Source: Octopus sinensis
Lineage: Eukaryota
NCBI RefSeq assembly: GCF_006345805.1
Contig: NC_043006.1
Coordinates: 101,184,001 to 101,248,000, forward strand
Reading direction: 5' to 3'
DNA: 64,000 nucleotides
Shown here: in pieces, positions 12,001 through 23,801 of the stretch
How the letters are laid out: every line of letters starts with the position of its first letter
Position numbering within the stretch: the first letter of the stretch is position 1
Notes under the pieces: generated by a model
The model's database searches: none
Told to the model about the DNA's origin: nothing
The model's input: only the letters and a program-made list of their open reading frames with translations
Made by a program: the position numbers and the translations under genes

Positions 12001-13703
12001 CAAATATTGTTGTATTTCGGTATGGTCTTTTTTTTTCACCAAATAAACACACACACTATATATATGTTCTTCACTCGTTTATTACTGTTCTTTTTTTTTT
12101 CCAATTTTAACTCATGTCTATTGTCCAGAAAACTTTCATCACACATCTGTGACCTCTACAGCAACACTTTTCATTTTCATATGTGCTCTTGCTTTAATTA
12201 CTCCATTCTGTTCTTCTAAGATGTGTATCTTTATGTGCTCATGTGTTTGCATCCATGTTTGTATGTATGTGTGTGCATGTGTGCATATGTGTGTATGCTT
12301 GTGTGTATGTCACTGTTCGTAGCCGCTGTGTAGCCTTCCCCTCAGCCGCATAGCCTCACCCCATTGCACTACTGGCATCCTAAGACCCCAAAATTTGGTA
12401 CAGTTCCTGCATCTCTCTGTGTTTGTGTGTTTGCCAATGGTGTTGTCACCACTACTGCTGCTGTCATTGTTATTTGTGCTATTGATATTGTTGTAGCTGT
12501 TGTGAAATTTCTTGTGTGTGTGTTTGTGTGTGTGCATGGATTCACTTCATATGTTGTCTGTATCCATGCCCATTATATGGATTTATTTATTTATTATTTA
12601 TATTTTATATAACTTTATTTTTTTATATTTATCACAGGTATGTGACAAATATATATATTTATTTATCTATTTATATATCTATTTAATATATTTATTTTTA
12701 TTTATATATATCTATCTCTATTCTTTGTATGTATCACAGGTCAGTGCATATATACCTATTGTCTGTGTATTATTTACGATTTTTCCCTCTCTTCTCATCC
12801 ATTCTGTCTTTAGTTATGTGGTGTAGTGGTGGGGGTTACTGGTTCATTCGTATTTGCTGTTGAGGCTCAGACTGTCTACTGCTTTGTGTGTCGTGTAGAT
12901 TCTGTTTCGACACAGAGAACTGACATGACACTTAGACAGATCACAGAGGCTACACATATAGCTGTAGACAGACCAAGCCTCAATAGTAAACACTAATGGA
13001 ACAGTAATACTCACCACCACACTACATAACTAAAGACAGAAGGGAAGAGAAGAGAGAGGAAAAAATCGTAAATAATCCACGGACACAGGGTAATACACAC
13101 ACAATAGACATAAATCCATATAATGGGTGTGGCTACAAACAACATATGAAGCAAATCCACAGACACAAGAAACTTCACAGACGGCCAATATCAATAACAT
13201 GAATAACAATGACAGCTGCAGCAGCAGTGATATCAATGGCAATAGTAACAACTGCCATGATGGCAACACCCTGAGTGAACACACAGATACAGAGGGATAC
13301 AGGAACTGTACCAAATTTTGGGGTCTTAGGACAGCAGCAGCACAATGGGGTGAGAGGATGTAGCTGAGGGGAAGGCCATACTGCTGCTAAGAACAGTGAC
13401 ACACACAAACATACACACACACATACACACACACATGCACACACACACAAATACAGACGCAAGTGTATGCGCACATAAGGATACACATATTATAAGAACA
13501 AAATGAAATAACTGGAGCCAGAGCACACACAAAAAAGAAAAGCATTGCTAAACAGGTCACAGATGTGTGATGAAAGATTTCTGGACAATGGACATGAAGC
13601 AAAATAGAAAATAAGAGCAGTAATAAACAAGTGAAGAACAAATACAGAGTGTGTGTGTTTATTTGGTGAAAAACAAAATGACCAGCCCAAAATACAATAT
13701 CTG
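12001..13703. repeat. ~1.7-kb diverged inverted repeat (fold-back)
   Basis: Colinear reverse-complement blocks throughout, e.g. perfect 32-nt match 12378-12409 / 13300-13331; centre near 12920. Confidence 0.9.
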
Positions 13704-13760
13704 TTTCAACACACGATTTCACATCAGGAATCTTGCAAAATAAATTGGTTAACATATATA

Positions 13761-15075
13761 GGCTTGGAAGGACTGAGAAAATGGTGGTAGCAAGGAATTG
13801 TATCAGACTACCAAAAGGAAAGCTAGGAGACAGGTCTATTTAGCCAGAGGGGAAGCAGATAAGAAAAAATTTGCCAATGTTCTGCGCCGTGAGGACCAAA
13901 GACTTGAGGTATTTTGTGTTGCAAGACAGTGTGGAAGAGAGAATCGTGATGTGGTAGGAGAGAAGTGTGTTCACATGGATGATGGCCCACTTGCACTAAA
14001 TGAGGATGCAAAGAGAGAGAGGCTTGGAAACGCCACTATGAAAGGTTGCTCAATATAGAAAATGAATGGGACAAAGAGAGTCTGCCGAATGTTGACCCAA
14101 CAGAGGGACCAGCTATCCGAGTTCACAGTTCCTTGGTAGTTAAGGCAATTAGAAGCATGAAGACAGGGAAAGCCCCAGGCCCATCAGGAATCACTGCAGA
14201 TATGCTCAAAATATCTGGTAGTGTCGGCTGTAGCCTAGTCACCCGTATAGTTAATCAGGTGATAAACGAAGGAGTCATACCCAATGACTGGTGTAGCAGC
14301 ATAATAGTCAACTGCTACAAAGGTAAAGGTGACGCCCTAGATACAAATAATTACAGAAGTATCAAGCTGTTGGATCAGGTAATGAAGGTTACGGAGAGGG
14401 TCATAGCCCAACTAATAAGAAAGAGAGAGTTAGTTTAGATAAGATGCAGTTTGGTTTCGTGCCAGGGAAGAGTACCACTGATGCTATATTCCTGGTAAGG
14501 CAGATGCAGGAGAAATACCTAGCCAAAGATAAGCCCCTGTACCTGGCTTTCGTTGACATGGAGAAAGCCTTCAACAGGGTCCCCCGATCCCTTATCTGGT
14601 GGTCAATGAGGAAACTAGGGATAGATGAATGGTTAGTGAGAGCTGTGCGAGCCATGTACAGGGACATTGCTTGTAAAGTGAGGGTTGGCAAGGAGTACAG
14701 TGAAGAATTCTGAGTAGAGGTAGGGGTCCACCAAGGTTCAGTCCTCAGCCCCCTCCTATTTATCATAGTCCTCCAGGCAATAACGGAGGAATTCAAGATG
14801 GGATGCCGCTGGGAGCTCCTCTATGCTCTAATTGCTCTATTTGCAGAGTCACTATTAGAACTGGAGGAGAAGTTTCAGGTGTGGAAGGAAGGATTAGAAT
14901 CGAAGGGCCTTAGAGTCAACCTAGCTAAAACCAAAGTCCTAATAAGTAGGAAGGTAGACAAATCACAAACGCCTGCTCGATCTGTAGAAAAGGCGTAGGT
15001 AGAAACTCTATAAGATGCACCAAGTGTAAGCTATGGACACATAAGAGGTGCAGCAATGTCAATCGAAGGCTAACT
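13761..15075 (+). mobile_element. RTE-clade LINE internal fragment with RT (frameshifted)
   Basis: KTGKAPGPSGITADML, YKGKGDALDTNNYRSIKLL, QFGFVPGKSTTDAIF, AFVDMEKAF, GVHQGSVLSPLLF; stops and frameshifts present. Confidence 0.92.
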
Positions 15076-15660
15076 ATTCCCATATAAATGGGAATAAATT
15101 AAAAATAAAATTAGCATGCAGAAATGGAATAGTCCAGATGGATAATAAAAAATTAAATTAAAGAAAAGACTATTGTCTATAAAGTATACAATGTAGAGAA
15201 AAAAGAAGATTTGAACACATGGAGGAAAGCACCTTCGAAAAGTGTCTTGGTATGACTATGAAAGATATCTAATCAGAGGCGGTAAATTCGCCACAATAGA
15301 AGCAAGGTTCAAGTCAACGGAGTGTGCAAGGGAGTACTCGACTCGAACTTGCAAAGTGGAAATATTTTATTTTTACCTTTATATCTGGGACGTAGGACGT
15401 CCCATAAAAAAAAATAATGCCCCCCCCCCAGAAGTAGAGGTAGGCTGGATTGTAGCCACACTTCTATACAAGAGGGAGGACAAGATACAATTGATCGAAA
15501 TTACAAGAGACGGGCTAACAATTTCAGTCTGTTATATATTTTGAGTATTGTTATCACTAGCGATATCAAGATATAACTTTGTATTTTGTATTTTATGTGT
15601 AGATGTATATATATAGATGTACATGTAATATGTACACATATATATACACATGCATACATG

Positions 15661-15703
15661 CACTAGCACTATGACCCGGCAACGACGGGTCTTAAATGCT
15701 AGT
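15661..15703 (+). mobile_element. Helitron 3' terminus
   Basis: GACCCGGCAACGACGGGTC hairpin followed by CTAGT; similar to the 3' end of 29870-30242. Confidence 0.6.
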
Positions 15704-16096
15704 ATTTTATAACCTCGAAGCTTATAAGCAATCACCATGCATTGTCTAAGGTAAATAGTCTAATACTGTGGCATATAATCCCTCGATGGAAAAAAAGTAG
15801 GGTTTTCTGTACACATGGGACTTGAAACCACACCACTGTTTTCATGACAAGTGTACTACCATTACACCAACATACCCCTGGCACATGTATGTTTGTTTAT
15901 AAAACAACACTATGAAATTATAGTTCTTATATTTGACAGAAAAAAACCAAGGGTACATTGTTGTAATGGTAGCACATTTGTCACACATACAGAAAACCCT
16001 ACTTTTTTTTCCACCGAGGTCTTATATGCCCCAATATTAGACTACCTTAGTCAATGCACAGTGATCGCTTATAAGCTGTACAGTTATAAAATATTA
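15700..16096. repeat. Fold-back element with ~115-bp arms
   Basis: 15700-15818 (...GGAAAAAAAGTAGGGTTTTCTGTA) pairs with 15980-16096 (TACAGAAAACCCTACTTTTTTTCC...). Confidence 0.85.
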
Positions 16097-16167
16097 TTAT
16101 ATGCATATATACATACATTCATACATGCACACACACACACACACAGATATATATATATATATATATA

Positions 16168-16278
16168 CCGGAGTAAACACATAAATGTGAAACAAGGTGG
16201 AAAAAAGAGTACTCAAATACCAGTGGTAGAGTAATATGCTTTATTTAAAGCAGCAGAAAATTGCTGCTTTAAATAAAG
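16168..16278 (-). mobile_element. Short (TA)n-embedded element with terminal snap-back hairpin
   Basis: Same sequence as 47481-47628; 17-bp perfect hairpin 16239-16255 / 16262-16278. Confidence 0.8.
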
Positions 16279-16312
<34 letters not shown>

Positions 16313-18928
16313 GAAATCCTTCACTTTAGCGAAGCAATGTATTCTTAATATTCTGGTATTCTGGCTGTTACATGAAATTCTGTAATGCAAAATTAATTTT
16401 TCAATTGATTTTTCATATTATCAAGTCACACTGTGTTCCTATGGGCATTTTCTGAAAAATAGGATACAAGAAAACATCGGAGAGCAAGCAACATGATCAC
16501 CATTGTACGTGAAAATAAATATTACTAAACATACTTGGTACAATATAGATACATAGCAATACAAAAACATTTCAAGAGGAATAAGTTGGGGGTTAATAAG
16601 AATCGGAAGGGTACATTCTTACCACAAAAGATGTTGACAATTGTGTAAGGATTGGTAAAGCATTACCAGTAGGATGAGGGACAATATTTACAATTTTATA
16701 GTCAATTATCACAAACATCAGCTTAAGGAGTGAAGAATTTATCTGGCAGGTGTTATAAAAACTGTTTGTTTCTAAAGAAAGACTGTGGCTCATTCTGTTA
16801 GCCATTGACACATAAACTGACAGGTCAACATTTACGTATTAAGCTTATGTGACAATCACACACGAAGATCACATAAAAGTTGTTTTTTTTCCCTTTGAAT
16901 GTGTCATATGAGAGCTAGAAAAGAGAGATATGAATAAGTGATGTCTAATTTACTGTGTTTTCTCTATCGTTTTATGACAAAAGTAATAAAGTCTGAAACT
17001 TAAATTTTTTAAAATATAATCATTGTTGAGATAAAAGTGTTACAGATAGTTATTGTTCATTATTTTGTCAAAGAATAAGGTTATCAATTAGTGCTAGTTC
17101 ACTCTCATTAAAATATGTCTCTTCTTTGTTAACAAGGTGTGGGGCAAGATAATGAGGTGTGGAAGAAATAAAGTAGATGATAGCTGCTACATGAATTTTG
17201 TTTTTCTTAAGAACAAGTGCAAATAAACATACGTATTATATTTCTACAATAATTAATTCATAAGAAAAGGTGAATCATGTATTACTGATGTTTTGTATAA
17301 CCTATTCAGTCATGGCTTGCATTTTCTAACAAACAAATTTTCCTTATTTATTCTTGTTTGATCTATGGTACTGTCTGCATGTTGATAAGATGAGAAGACA
17401 AGAAATTTATGAGATCTAGTTTCATTGCATGCATCCAGATGTTCTGTCTAGACCTAATATTTCATATCTGTTGACAATGAATTGTTAGCCTCATTCTTAA
17501 AGTGAGTTTAGTTTGTCCTATATAATCTTCCCCATATAAATTTTTTGAAGAAATAAAATGGTTTTCTACAGTAAAAACTTGTCTCGATTTAAATGTATAA
17601 GCTATGTTCTCAATAAGGTTGTTCCTCAATTAGATCAGCCACACATTTTAACTGCTGGATTTGAGTCCATTGTAGGTAGTATCACATTGCTAAGTAGGTT
17701 TTCTTTTTGGCTTTTGATTGTCGTTCGTATTTAATATTTTTTTTGATTCAAGCAACTTTTTCATTCTTGAGTCTTGGCTCTGATGGATAATGCTGAATAT
17801 TTCCATGTTTCTTGGGCTGTGTTTGGTTATTAAAGATAGAGTTTTTTGGTGCATCTGAACTGTTTTTGGCTTTTTGTAATTCATCAATGTCTGTTCAATA
17901 CTTTCTATTGTTTTGTTCATTCCATCATATATATTAATCCCTCAACACCTCACATACAGCATTCCCCTCACTACAATTAGAGCTATGTATCATCATCATC
18001 ATCCTCATCATCCTCCTCCTCATCATCATCATTATCCTCATCATCAGCATTCTTTTAACATCCACTTTTACATGCTTATATGAGTTGGACAGTATTAGTT
18101 GAGGCCTATTTTCTATGGACGGATGCCTTTCCTGTTGCAAACCCTCACCTGTGTCCAAGCATGATGATAATTCCTCTGGTCCATATAGCAACAAAGCAAG
18201 CCTCTGTCTTTTTACTTCTTACAAAGATCAAACAAGGCAGGTCAGGAAGCCTGAACATGCGTTTGTGATTCACCGTATGCATATAATACCTCCTGTGTTA
18301 GATAATGAGGCTGCATTTACTAACAGAAAACCAAGCATATCATGACAAGGAAACATCAAACACACACACACACACATCCATCCATCCATCCATACATCCA
18401 TCCATACATACATACATCCATACATACATACATACATACATACATACATACATACATACATACATCAATACATGCATACATCCATACATACATATATTTA
18501 ATTGACCCCAAAAGGATGAAAGACAAAGCCAATCTCAGTGGAACTTTAACTCAGAAAGTAAGGAAAATATGCTGCTAAGCTCAGCTTGCTGCCTTTATAC
18601 ATACGCACACACACACACACACACATACACATATATATATATATAATATTACCCTATAATGTGCATTTAAAGGTACTTGTATGGTTATCAGCTGTCATAT
18701 GCCATTGTACTGTGGGGTTACTCTTTTTACTAAAGATACATTTGGAACTCCATCAGTGTAGACAGAATTCGTATAAGATTTCATTAAACTCGAAAATTGA
18801 ATGAACAGAACTTTAACATGATATGGAAAACTCAGCTACTGCACATTGCTGCGTTTTGTAATTAAAGTCTGTTCTGACCATCTTCTTATCTAATACATTA
18901 AATACACACACACATGCACACACATATA

Positions 18929-19263
18929 TACTCTTTTACTCTTTTACTTGTTTCAGTCATTTGACTGCGGCCATGCTGGAGCACCGCCTTAAGTCGATCA
19001 AATCGACCCCGGAACTTATTCTTTGTAAGCCCAGTACTTATTCTATCGGTCTCTTTTGCCGAACTGCTAGGTGGCGGGGACGTAGACACACCAGCATCGG
19101 TTGTCAAGCAATGCTAGGGGTACAAACACAGACACACAAACACACACACACATATATATATATATACATATATACGACAGGCTTCTTTCAGTTTCCGTCT
19201 ACCAAATCCACTCACAAGGCATTGGTCGGCCCGGGGCTATAGCAGAAGACACTTGCCCAAGAT
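18929..19263 (-). mobile_element. SINE family A (head truncated)
   Basis: Reverse-complement match to the family-A body and tail. Confidence 0.85.
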
Positions 19264-20149
19264 GTATATATATATGTGTGTGTATATATATATATATACA
19301 ACAGACTTCTTCAGATTTTGTCCACCAATTTCATTTACAAGATAATTTTCAACTCCTGACTGTAATATAAAACATTAGTTTACAATGTTCATACAGTGGG
19401 AACTGAACTCCTAACCACGTGGTCCCAAAATGAACTTCTTAACCACACAGCTACGCATGTGCTTATAGTCATACTTGTACCTACGGCTGTGCATGCACCT
19501 ATTTATGTTTGTGCCCATTATATATGCTATACATACTATATATGCCTATGCCTATTATATAGGTGTGTGTGTGTGTGCTTATGGAAGCCTGCAGCTTAGT
19601 GGTTAGGATGTTGCACTTGTTCTTGAGCAAAATACTTCCTTTCATATTGTTCTAGCCCACTCAGATGGCGAAAAGGAGTAATCCTGTGACAGACTGGCAT
19701 CCCATCAGGGATAGAGAGGTGGGGATATATATCCCACAGAATCTGGGAAACAAGCCTTATGAGCCTATGGCTCAGAAAAGACTTTTGATCTTTGATACAT
19801 ATATGTATACATATGTATATATGTATATATAGGCAATGGCATAAGTGTATGGAGTCAATTTCTAAGGTGGAAACTTGAAATAACCCACCACATAAAAAGC
19901 ACTGGTGAAGGTACCACCTCAAAAGCACAAGTGCTAATGCCATGTAAAATATACCCAGTACTCTTTAAAAAGTGTTGGCATTAGGAAGGGCATCCAGCAG
20001 TAGAGACCATGCCAAAACAGTCAACTGGACCCTGGTGCAGCTCTCTGGCTTGCCAACTCCTCTCAAACCAACCAAAACATGCCAGCATGGAAAACAGTCA
20101 TTAAATATTGATATATATGTACAAAGTGTTCAGGCTAAATTTGACAGTT

Positions 20150-20700
20150 TTACGGGAATTTACGGGATGGACCATGTCGCTGTATTGACTTTGCGACAGC
20201 CTCTCGGTGACTGCCGGTATCGGTCACGGCTACGTCCACATGTACGTGGGTGACACCGCAAGCTTCAGTTCATTCTTACGATATCGGGCACAGAAGCGCG
20301 GTGGAGCTCCGGGCGACTGTCTCTAGTGACCCCGCGGCACGTAGACAAATGGGGAAAGCAAGGTGACATGAAGGCGGCGGCCACCTGCCGGGCTGACGGC
20401 ATCTTTGGCTGACGTCTCCAGCGTCATGCCAACCGATACCGGAGACATACACCTGCCGGCTGCTACCCCTTAATATAGTCTAAACCCCCTTGGGGTGTGA
20501 CAGTTACCTAGAGCGTGACTATCCAGCATGGTCCGACCCGTAAGTTCTCTCGTAAGTTTACACGTGAATTGACGGGTCAGACCATGTCGCTGTATCAACC
20601 GCGTGGATCTCGCGACTGCCGGCATCGGTCGCGGTTACATCCACGTGTATGCATTCGAGACCGTGGCGCGTAGATGAACGGGGGAAGCAGAGGAAAAAGA
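20150..20700. mobile_element. GC/CpG-rich TIR-bounded element plus partial tandem copy (unclassified)
   Basis: TTACGGGAATTTACGGGATGGACCATG vs CATGGTCCGACCCGTAAGTTCTCTCGTAA (20527-20555); second copy starts ~20557. Confidence 0.6.
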
Positions 20701-20709
20701 AAACACAAT

Positions 20710-21010
20710 ATCATCATCGTCAACATCATCATCATTTAACGTCCATTGTCCATGCTGGCATGGGTTGGACGGTTTGACTGGAGCTGGTAAGCCAGAAGGC
20801 TGCACCAGACTCCAGTCTGATTTGGCATGGTTTTCCTAATGCCAACCACTCCGAGAGTTAATGGGTGCTTTTATGTGCCACTGGCATGGGTGCCATTTGC
20901 ATGACACCAGAATCAGCCATGACTGTGATTTTGCTCAGTTTGATGGGTCTTCTTCTCAAGCACGACATAATGCCAAAGGTCTCGGTCATTGCCTCCGTGA
21001 ATCCCAATGC
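20710..21010 (-). mobile_element. RTE 3'-end copy
   Basis: (ATC)n, then TTTAACGTCC...CCATGCTGGCATGGGTTGGACGG. Confidence 0.75.
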
Positions 21011-21892
21011 TGAAAAGGAACTCAGCTACTTTGCCTCCACTCATCCAAAAATAAAAGTATTTTGAAAAGTCAAAAAATATCAATAGATTATGGCTGGAAG
21101 ATAACAGTTTACGCAAAGTAGTTGCTCTCAGCTGCCACCCAGCACATATGCTCCTTGCTGTATCTTTAGAAAGATCTTCAGACACCTCTTTGATTTTGGC
21201 TACCAGTTTGGCCTTGGTGTTCCTGGCAGAGACATCAGTGTCTTTCTTGCCCATGCCCCACTGATTGTTGAGCCTAAGGCCTGGTGCAAAAACGGAGGGC
21301 AGCATGACATCAACTTCACTGGAAACACACCCAAGATCATCATAGTTTGAGAGAACTTGGTTTTTTAATGATGTCCATGTCATGTTTTACAGCTTTTAAA
21401 GTATTCACAGAACAGTCATGGTGTTGGCATTTTGATGCTCAGCGCAAATTATCATGATACATATAACTCTTTCCCAGTATTCTGTTGGCTTCCAGTCTTC
21501 CTTATCAGCGAAATCTTTCTTAACTACAAGTTTAGTGTTGATGCTCTCCAATGCCATTGACTGTTCAACAATTCATCAAGCTGTTTCTGAAAACAGTAGA
21601 CATTAAGAATCATGAAATTTAACCCAAACACCCTATATGTGTGATATATATATGTGTGTATATTTGTGCCTGTGTGTATATGTGTATATATATTGTTACC
21701 CGAGTTTACACAACCAACAAGGATGGAGTGAACCCAAAACAACAACACACCATGAAGATTTTTGTAAAATATTATTAACAATTAAATGTCAGCATTAAAA
21801 AAACAGCCTACATACCAAACAAATATATATGAACAAAAATAAATGAATGCTACACTAGACGTGCAATCAAAATATTTATAATATATATATAT

Positions 21893-21924
<32 letters not shown>

Positions 21925-22380
21925 ATATTTGTAAAAAATGAAGTTCGAAAATGCTGCTGTATTATACAATTTTTAATTTTTATATATACATTATAACATG
22001 TTTCAGTTCCTGAAATGAACCTTATCAAAAAAAGTTATATATAAAAAAAGACAGCTCATGCCGTCAAACACAAGAAATTCATTTATAATACACAACGGAG
22101 TCAGACATCTTAGAGTTCATGTATAGTTGATATATAGTTCATGTATAGTTGATATATAGTTTGAAGTATATGTTCAAAGTGTTCGATGCAGTGGCCCACG
22201 GTGGCGATACGTATTCAATACAAAAAACAGATCAAAGTGGTGGAAAGCGGTCAATACAGAAGATTGATGTTTCCGAAAGAGCGAGGAATTCATTTTTACC
22301 TTAAGCAATTGTGATGACCCATGGTGGAAGTTCGCTGGGTGGTTCTAGTGAGTTTTTGTGAAATGCTCGGTTTTATAATG

Positions 22381-22840
22381 CCTGTTAGGTAGTCAATCTA
22401 GCGTAGCGTGACGTCATCAATGTTTTGACCAATCGTTTCGTTAGGTGGCTTTAATCAAGTAGAACGGGACGTCATCATTATTTTGACCAATCGCTGCATT
22501 ATAACTCCCTCTTGTTTGTTTCCTGTTTTGACCAGTCGCTTCGTTAGTCAAGTAGAACGGGACGTCATCATTATTTTGACCAATCGCTGCATTATATCTG
22601 CCTCTTGTTTGTTTCCTGTTTTGACCAGTCGCTTCATTAGTCAAGCAGAGCGGGACGTCATCCAGATTCTGCCCAATCACGACTTATAGCTACATTAGAT
22701 CTGCCCCCTGTCTGTACTTGTTAGGTGACTATTCAAGCAGAAAAGGACGTCATCAATATTCTGACTAATGACTGTCCCCTGTTTGTATCCTGTCCATTCT
22801 AGCAGAGCTAGACGTCATCAACTTGTTGACCAATCAGAAT
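22381..22840. repeat. Tandem repeats (core period ~93 bp) in the Penelope 3' region carrying GACGTCA and CCAAT
   Basis: GACGTCATC...TGACCAATC-like motif at ~22410, 22468, 22561, 22654, 22747 and 22811. Confidence 0.85.
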
Positions 22841-23003
22841 CGGGTCTGACCCTTAGCTGTATCATATGTATCAGGGTCAGATTTGCACGAAAGAATTTTT
22901 TTCCTTTTTTACTAAGGCATATTTCCGTTAGAGTGAGTGTCTGTTTGAAGCAGCGGCCATGGTGGAACCCCGCTTCTCCCTTTCGGAGGACTTATCTTTT
23001 GTT

Positions 23004-23801
23004 TTAGTATTCCTGGCCCAGGGTGTTTAAACTTGGTCTAAATTTTTTTATGAAATATAGTTCTATATTTTGGCGTTGTGTGAAGGTTGCGTTGTCACTG
23101 AATTTATAGAGCGGGTTAGTTGTAAATTTCGGATTTACATTTCCAGCACATCTATCTATGTGTCCGCTGACCGGTATTTTGCGGTAATCAGGGTTTCTAA
23201 TTTGTGATTTATGCACCGCCATCCTGTTACGTAAGCTATTTTTTGTATGGCCTATATACTGCCTATTGCAGCCTGCGCATGTTATGACGTAAATTAAGTT
23301 TTCTGATGCGCAGGTGAAGTTTGTTCTAATGGTGAACTGGTGGCCTTGTTCCAGTATAAATTCTGATCCTTCTTTCAAGATGACACAGATTCCGCAGTTG
23401 GGCCTTCCACATTTTCTAACTGCTGGTTTTGTGGTTGATGTTGAGTGCAGTGTAGCTTGGGTTAAAATCCTTTTCAAGGATTTTGGTTGCCGTTTACTTT
23501 TAATGATGGTGTGTGTTTCGAGGATCCGGTTCATCTTTGGGTCTCCCTTTAGTAGGGCTGTGCTTTGTAGTATGGTGTTGAAGGCCTCATTGTTGAGTGG
23601 GTTGTGTGGAGAGATGTAGGGAAGGGTTTTTAATTGTTCTTTCTTTTTTGGTTTTGTTGGTCTCAAGTCTTCTATACTTAATTTAAGTACCCGTTGGATT
23701 GCACTGTCTATTAGGGGCTGTGGATAGTTTCTATTTGTGAGTGTGGTTCTAAGTTCCTGGAGACGTGTGTGTCGGGTTTTGTGTCTGATATTATGGTGCA
23801 A
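23004..23801 (-). pseudogene. Penelope-like RT thumb/linker + GIY-YIG endonuclease
   Basis: KCGRPNCGIC...FTCASENLIYVITCAGCNRQYIGHTKNSLRNRMAVH...RQNIELYFIKKFRPSLN. Confidence 0.92.

Larger units (their letters stand above)
20120..21637 (-). mobile_element. Internally deleted Tc1/mariner (maT/DD37D-like) transposon with nested insertions
   Basis: Imperfect TIRs TACAAAGTGTTCAGGCTAAATTT / AAATTTAACCCAAACACCCTATA; peptides LGCVSSEVDVMLPSVFAPGLRLN and NTKAKLVAKIKEVSEDLSKDTARSIC resemble maT-type transposase. Confidence 0.65.

Noticed and set aside
17690-17920. 76-aa Lys-rich ORF
   Set aside because: No domain, and stops lie between it and the nearest acceptor; coding status unsupported.
21524-21590. 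Exon-like KQLDELLNSQWHWRASTLNL after TTTTCAG (-)
   Set aside because: Lies inside the TIR-bounded transposon remnant.
23004-23801. Selenocysteine recoding as reported for some Naiad elements
   Set aside because: Linker and GIY-YIG cysteine positions are ordinary Cys codons; no in-frame TGA in this ORF.
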